Origin: an uncultured Candidatus Bathyarchaeia archaeon
Lineage (GTDB): Archaea > Thermoproteota > Bathyarchaeia > EX4484-135
Assembly: GCA_964638535.1 (NCBI GenBank)
Contig: CAZWYW010000002.1
Coordinates: forward strand, 1 to 56,370
DNA length: 56,370 bases
Direction: 5' to 3'
Shown: piece by piece, positions 52,396-56,370 of the stretch
Numbering within the stretch: the stretch's first letter is position 1
How the letters are laid out: each line of letters begins with the position of its first letter
The notes under the pieces: generated by a model
The model's input: the letters and a program-made list of their open reading frames with translations, nothing else
Databases searched by the model: none
What the model was told of the DNA's origin: nothing
Program-made: the position numbers and the translations under genes

Positions 52396-53340
52396 GTGAA
52401 TGCTATCGAGGCCGTGAGGCTTACCAAGCGCTTTGGCGATAAGGTAGCGCTAGACGGGGTGAGCTTCAGCGCCCGCGAGGGCGAGATCCTAGGCTTGCTT
52501 GGCCCGAACGGCGCTGGCAAGACGACCACGATGCGCATACTGACGGGTGTCCTCAAGCCCGATTCCGGCTCGGCTACTATCATGGGCCTAGATGTAGTCA
52601 AGGAGGTCCTGGAGGCCCGCCGCCTAGTAGGCTACCTACCCGAGGCGCCGTGCCTCTACGAGCGCCTCACGGTCAGGGACAACCTGGCCTTCTACGGCCG
52701 GCTTTACGACGTGCCCGAGCACGAGCTGGGGCGCAGGATTAGGGAGCTGCTGGCCGAGCTGGGACTTGAGGGAAGGGCTAACGAGAAAGCCGGGGCGCTC
52801 TCCAAGGGCCTTAAGCAAAGGGTGGCCATAGCTAGGGCCCTCCTCCACGACCCGCCAGTGCTGCTCTTAGACCAACCGACCTCAGACCTAGACCCGGCCT
52901 CAGCGAGGGAGGTGAGGGATCTCGTGAGAGAGCTCAACCGGGCGGGCAAGACGATCCTGATATGCACGCACAATTTAGCTGAAGCCGAGGAGTTGTGCCA
53001 TAGAGTGGCCATCATAAACGAGGGGCATGTGCTAGCCATAGGTCCACCGGACGAGCTCCTCAAGGACGTAATTATGGGTTATCGCGTCTTCGAAATACGC
53101 TCCCTTAAGCCTATAGGGCGCTATTTATCCTTCCTGAGCGACTTAGAGGGCGTGATAAGTGTGGAGCGTGTAAATGAGCGGGAGGCCCGTATTAAGCTCG
53201 AGCGTGAGGAAGCGATCTCACGCGTGATCAGGGAACTAACCTTATCTGGATGCGATCTCTTGGAGGTACGCATGTTAAGGCCCAGCCTGGAGGAGATATA
53301 TCTCAAGTTGGTGAGGAGGGAGGGTGTTGAGGTTCAGTAA
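52396..53340 (+). CDS. ABC-2-type transporter ATP-binding protein
   Basis: The motifs are GPNGAGKTT, LSKGLKQRVAIARAL and LLLDQPTSDLD, followed by a C-terminal accessory domain. The start is GTG. Confidence 0.9.
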   Translation: MNAIEAVRLTKRFGDKVALDGVSFSAREGEILGLLGPNGAGKTTTMRILTGVLKPDSGSATIMGLDVVKEVLEARRLVGYLPEAPCLYERLTVRDNLAFYGRLYDVPEHELGRRIRELLAELGLEGRANEKAGALSKGLKQRVAIARALLHDPPVLLLDQPTSDLDPASAREVRDLVRELNRAGKTILICTHNLAEAEELCHRVAIINEGHVLAIGPPDELLKDVIMGYRVFEIRSLKPIGRYLSFLSDLEGVISVERVNEREARIKLEREEAISRVIRELTLSGCDLLEVRMLRPSLEEIYLKLVRREGVEVQ

Positions 53341-54136
53341 GGCTCTGTTAGTAGCGCGAAAAGACTGGAAGGAAATCTTCTCAAGCCGGTCCGCCCTGGT
53401 CTCTCTCGCGTTCTTCCTTTTCATACCGGCTGCTCTTATCGTGTTCCTCGCGGCCTTGGCGCCGATGCTTGGCCCTGGGCTCGGTCAGAGCGTGACGAAA
53501 GAGGAGTTAGCCCGACTAAGGGCACTCTTCCCCGAGGCCAGCTGGATGGACGCGCGGCAATTAACGATCTATATGGCCGGCGCCCTGATCGCGCCCTTCC
53601 TCTTCACGATCATGCCCTTGGCAGCCTCTTCCATCATAACAGCCGATAGCTTTGCCGGGGAGAAGGAGAGGAAGACCATAGAACCTCTCCTGGCTGCGCC
53701 GATTAGCGAGGCCGAACTCTTCTTGGGCAAGGTCCTTGCGGCCTTCCTGCCTGTGATGGCCTTGCTCTACGCCTCGTTCGGCTTGACATGTGTCCTAGTA
53801 AATGCTTTCACCGCTGACCTCTTCGGTCATCCCTGGTTCCCGCCTTTAAGGGCCTGGCTCATGGTGTGCGTGATAGCGCCTCTCTACGCCTTCTTAGGCA
53901 TGTGCTTAGTCATAGTAGGGTCAAGCAGGGCCAACAGCGTGAGGGACGCCAGCAATTACGCGGCTGTGCTCATCCTACCTCTCCTTGCTCTGCTGCTAGC
54001 CCAGGTAGCTGGCGCTTTGGCCCTGGGCACCGCGCACATCTTAGCCGCCGCCGGGGGCCTAACCTTGACGGATGTGTTAGTCTTCAAGCTAGCTTACCGC
54101 TCTTTTAACAGGGAGGCGCTCGTGATAACGCGTTAA
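53324..54136 (+). CDS. ABC-2-type transporter permease
   Basis: It is a six-helix-like hydrophobic protein whose start overlaps the ATPase gene end. Confidence 0.75.
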   Translation: MLRFSKALLVARKDWKEIFSSRSALVSLAFFLFIPAALIVFLAALAPMLGPGLGQSVTKEELARLRALFPEASWMDARQLTIYMAGALIAPFLFTIMPLAASSIITADSFAGEKERKTIEPLLAAPISEAELFLGKVLAAFLPVMALLYASFGLTCVLVNAFTADLFGHPWFPPLRAWLMVCVIAPLYAFLGMCLVIVGSSRANSVRDASNYAAVLILPLLALLLAQVAGALALGTAHILAAAGGLTLTDVLVFKLAYRSFNREALVITR

Positions 54137-54155
54137 GGGCCGTGTGAGAAGAGCG

Positions 54156-55175
54156 TTAGCCTTGTGTCTTCTTAGCCCAGAGCTGGGCTAATTCCTCGGC
54201 TACGAACTTACCCACGTGCTCAACACGCCCATCGCGCCTGTGAACCAGGAGACCAGGTGGCCCCTCTCTGACGCGGCCGATCACGGCCCAACTCACGCCC
54301 AGCCTGGCTAAGGCTCTCTCAGCCTCGCCCAGTTTCCCCTTAGGCAGCGTGGCGACCAGGGAGCCAGAGCTTATCAGCTTGAGCGGGTCCACACTCAGGG
54401 CCTCGCATATGGCTTTGGTCTCCGGCCTGATGAGCACGTGCTCTTCCCATAACTCTACCAACTTACCTGAGGCATATGCTACCTCCGCTAAGCCGCCTAA
54501 GAGACCCCCCTCGGTGGGGTCGTGCATGGAGTTCACGCCTATCTCGGCTAAGGCCAGGGCTTCCTTTACCACGCTTACCTCGGTTATGAAAGCCCTCGCC
54601 CTCTCCATCACGTCGCCCGGCACGCCTGCCCTGGTGAGTTCAGCCGCGAAATCCGTGGCTAGGATGGCTGTGCCCTCTATAGCTACGCCCTTCGTCATCA
54701 ACACCACATCGCCCGGTTTGGCGCCGCTGGTGACAACATACTTGTCCTTAGGTGCCGTGCCCAGGGCCGTCATGGAGATCATGGGCCTGTTCAAACCCGG
54801 CACGCGCTCCGTATGACCGCCCACCACCATAGCGCCTACCTCACGCGCTGCCTCATCGATCTGGGCCGTTATGGCATCTAGGTCGGCCTCTGGGCAGCCC
54901 TCTGGCAGGAGCAGCACGGGCAGCAGCCACCTGGGCCTAGCGCCCCTGACGGCCACATCATTACAGGCCACGTGCACGGCCAACCAGCCTATACGCCCCA
55001 CGGCCTCCGTTATCGGGTCCGAGTGGGCCACAAGAACGAAATCCCCCATATCTATGATGGCCGAGTCCTCGCCGTAAGCCGGCCCCACGAGAACGCTGGG
55101 GTCCACGGCCCCGAGCCTGGAGAACACATACTTGGCCAATAGCTTTGGCTTGAGCTTCCCTACCTCAGCCGCCAA
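54156..55175 (-). CDS. AIR synthase-related (PurM/HypE/ThiL-like) protein
   Basis: GEDSAIIDMGDFVLVAHSDPIT...HVACNDVAVRGARPRWLL and GGHTE are PurM-superfamily N- and C-domain patterns. The TTG start is preceded by GGAGGTGAGGG. Confidence 0.75.
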   Translation of the reverse strand: MAAEVGKLKPKLLAKYVFSRLGAVDPSVLVGPAYGEDSAIIDMGDFVLVAHSDPITEAVGRIGWLAVHVACNDVAVRGARPRWLLPVLLLPEGCPEADLDAITAQIDEAAREVGAMVVGGHTERVPGLNRPMISMTALGTAPKDKYVVTSGAKPGDVVLMTKGVAIEGTAILATDFAAELTRAGVPGDVMERARAFITEVSVVKEALALAEIGVNSMHDPTEGGLLGGLAEVAYASGKLVELWEEHVLIRPETKAICEALSVDPLKLISSGSLVATLPKGKLGEAERALARLGVSWAVIGRVREGPPGLLVHRRDGRVEHVGKFVAEELAQLWAKKTQG

Positions 55176-55242
55176 TTGCCCTCACCTCCGGCCTTGGGGC
55201 ACGGCACGGTAAAAAGCGAGGACGAAGACCGCTGAGGTCAGC

Positions 55243-56301
55243 TTACCGGCCCTTGAAGTAGGGGATTATCTCCTCGCTATACGCCTTCACCACGTACTTG
55301 ACATCTGGCCCCACGTTTATCAGAATGAAGTGCCTGACCCCTGCCTTTATGTAACGGTCAATTTTCTCGATGCATTCCTCCACTGTCCCGGAGATAGAGA
55401 ACTCCAGAGCGGCCTCCACGGGTATGGAGGCCCCGAAGCGCATGAAGGCCGCAACGTCCTCATCCGTCAGGAGGAGCTCGTGGTAGCGCTTGAAACCCTC
55501 TGGGACCTCTACCTCGTAACCCGCTTCCAAGAGTACATCGGGCGACGGGACCACCTTCACCTTGAACTGCTCTAACCTCTCCTCTACCTCGCCGGGCTTA
55601 TCGGAGATGCACGTGTAAAGGTATATGGCCGTATCTATATCGTCCAAGGACCTACCAGCTTCCCTCGCGGCTTCCTCGATGACCTTCAGGCGCTTCTCGT
55701 AGAGCTCCGGAGTCAGGGGGGTCGGGAGCCAGCCATCGGCCATCTGACCGGTTATCCTGAGCATCCTGGGGCCATGTGCCCCTATGTATATAGGCACCCT
55801 CCTTGTGGGCGTGATCTGCAGGAAAGCTCCCTTAAGCCTCCAGAACCGGCCTTCATAATTGAGTTTCTCGCCAGCCCAGAGCTTCCTCATGATCTCTATG
55901 GCTTCGACCAGCCTGCTCACGGGCCTATCCCATGTTATCCCAAAGGGGTCTAAGTTCATGGCCTCCCCTGCCCCCAGGCCCAGGATCACGCGTCCTCCTG
56001 ACAGGCGGTCCACGGTAGCAACCGTCTGGGCGAGGACAGCTGGGTGCCGCCTGTGCGGATCAGATACGGCCGTCCCTAGCAGCACCCTGCGCGTGGACAC
56101 GGCTAAGGCGGAGAGGAGGGACCACGCTTCTGGCGTGATACCATAGGGCACGAACAGCAGGTGGTCGGGCACCCACACCGAGTCGAAACCAGCTTCCTCG
56201 TTCACCTTAGCTATGCTGATCAGCTTATCCACGGGTGCCGCCGGGATGGGCAACATCACCCCGAACTTCACTTCCCGGTTCTCGCCCACGTTGGGCACCA
56301 A
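55243..56301 (-). CDS. luciferase-like (LLM class) flavin/F420-dependent oxidoreductase
   Basis: KFGVMLPIP...AEEAGFDSVWVPDHLL...ILGLGAGE is the TIM-barrel LLM family pattern. The start is TTG or GTG. Confidence 0.8.
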   Translation of the reverse strand: MVPNVGENREVKFGVMLPIPAAPVDKLISIAKVNEEAGFDSVWVPDHLLFVPYGITPEAWSLLSALAVSTRRVLLGTAVSDPHRRHPAVLAQTVATVDRLSGGRVILGLGAGEAMNLDPFGITWDRPVSRLVEAIEIMRKLWAGEKLNYEGRFWRLKGAFLQITPTRRVPIYIGAHGPRMLRITGQMADGWLPTPLTPELYEKRLKVIEEAAREAGRSLDDIDTAIYLYTCISDKPGEVEERLEQFKVKVVPSPDVLLEAGYEVEVPEGFKRYHELLLTDEDVAAFMRFGASIPVEAALEFSISGTVEECIEKIDRYIKAGVRHFILINVGPDVKYVVKAYSEEIIPYFKGR

Positions 56302-56370
56302 CGGGTATTTGCGTATCTCCCCGAATAAGGCTTGAGAGAACAGAAGCGCGATATGGTGCGGGGGGTGGGA

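Noticed and set aside
1-56370. CRISPR arrays, transposases, integrases, prophage or defence islands, and toxin-antitoxin pairs
   Set aside because: I saw no regularly spaced direct repeats. No recombinase or transposase-like ORFs are present, and neither tRNA gene is flanked by an integrase or a duplicated 3' tRNA fragment. The single RHH gene has no adjacent toxin-like partner. The window appears to be core chromosome.

Overview
This is a GC-rich, densely packed archaeal chromosomal segment. Thermosome, aIF-1A, aIF-2alpha, Nop10, S27e, a short XPF, a TFE-beta-like factor, TATA-type promoters and frequent GTG/TTG starts all point to a hyperthermophilic Thermoproteota (crenarchaeal-type) genome. 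I support about 60 protein genes, almost all housekeeping or metabolic. They include translation factors and ribosomal proteins, MetRS, CTP synthase, ETF alpha and beta, a nucleoside-type BMP ABC transporter, and an ABC-2 exporter. A large molybdenum/tungsten cofactor cluster is present (moaB, wtpABC, two moeA, moaA, with moaC elsewhere), as are the two-subunit AcnX-type dehydratase of the modified archaeal mevalonate pathway, several peptidases and RNA methyltransferases. Two tRNAs are present (Asp-GUC, Asn-GUU), both with encoded CCA. I found no CRISPR array, transposase, integrase, or recognisable defence or toxin system, so this is core genome rather than an accessory island.

The observations most worth a second look are:
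- an ORF-free, highly structured ~290-nt GC-rich element at 47.93-48.22 kb with RNase P RNA-like motifs but an atypical layout and unresolved orientation
- a well-formed intergenic C/D box sRNA at 52286-52344 whose D guide matches the 16S decoding centre (C1402 equivalent)
- a small AT-richer island at 25.8-26.7 kb carrying a disrupted, tyrosine-rich membrane-protein gene
- perfect-identity tracts between the tandem moeA paralogs, suggesting gene conversion
- a frameshifted and degenerate Trm112-type methyltransferase gene
- an uncharacterised gene translationally coupled to xpf

All functional calls rest on motif recognition by eye. No database searches were run.
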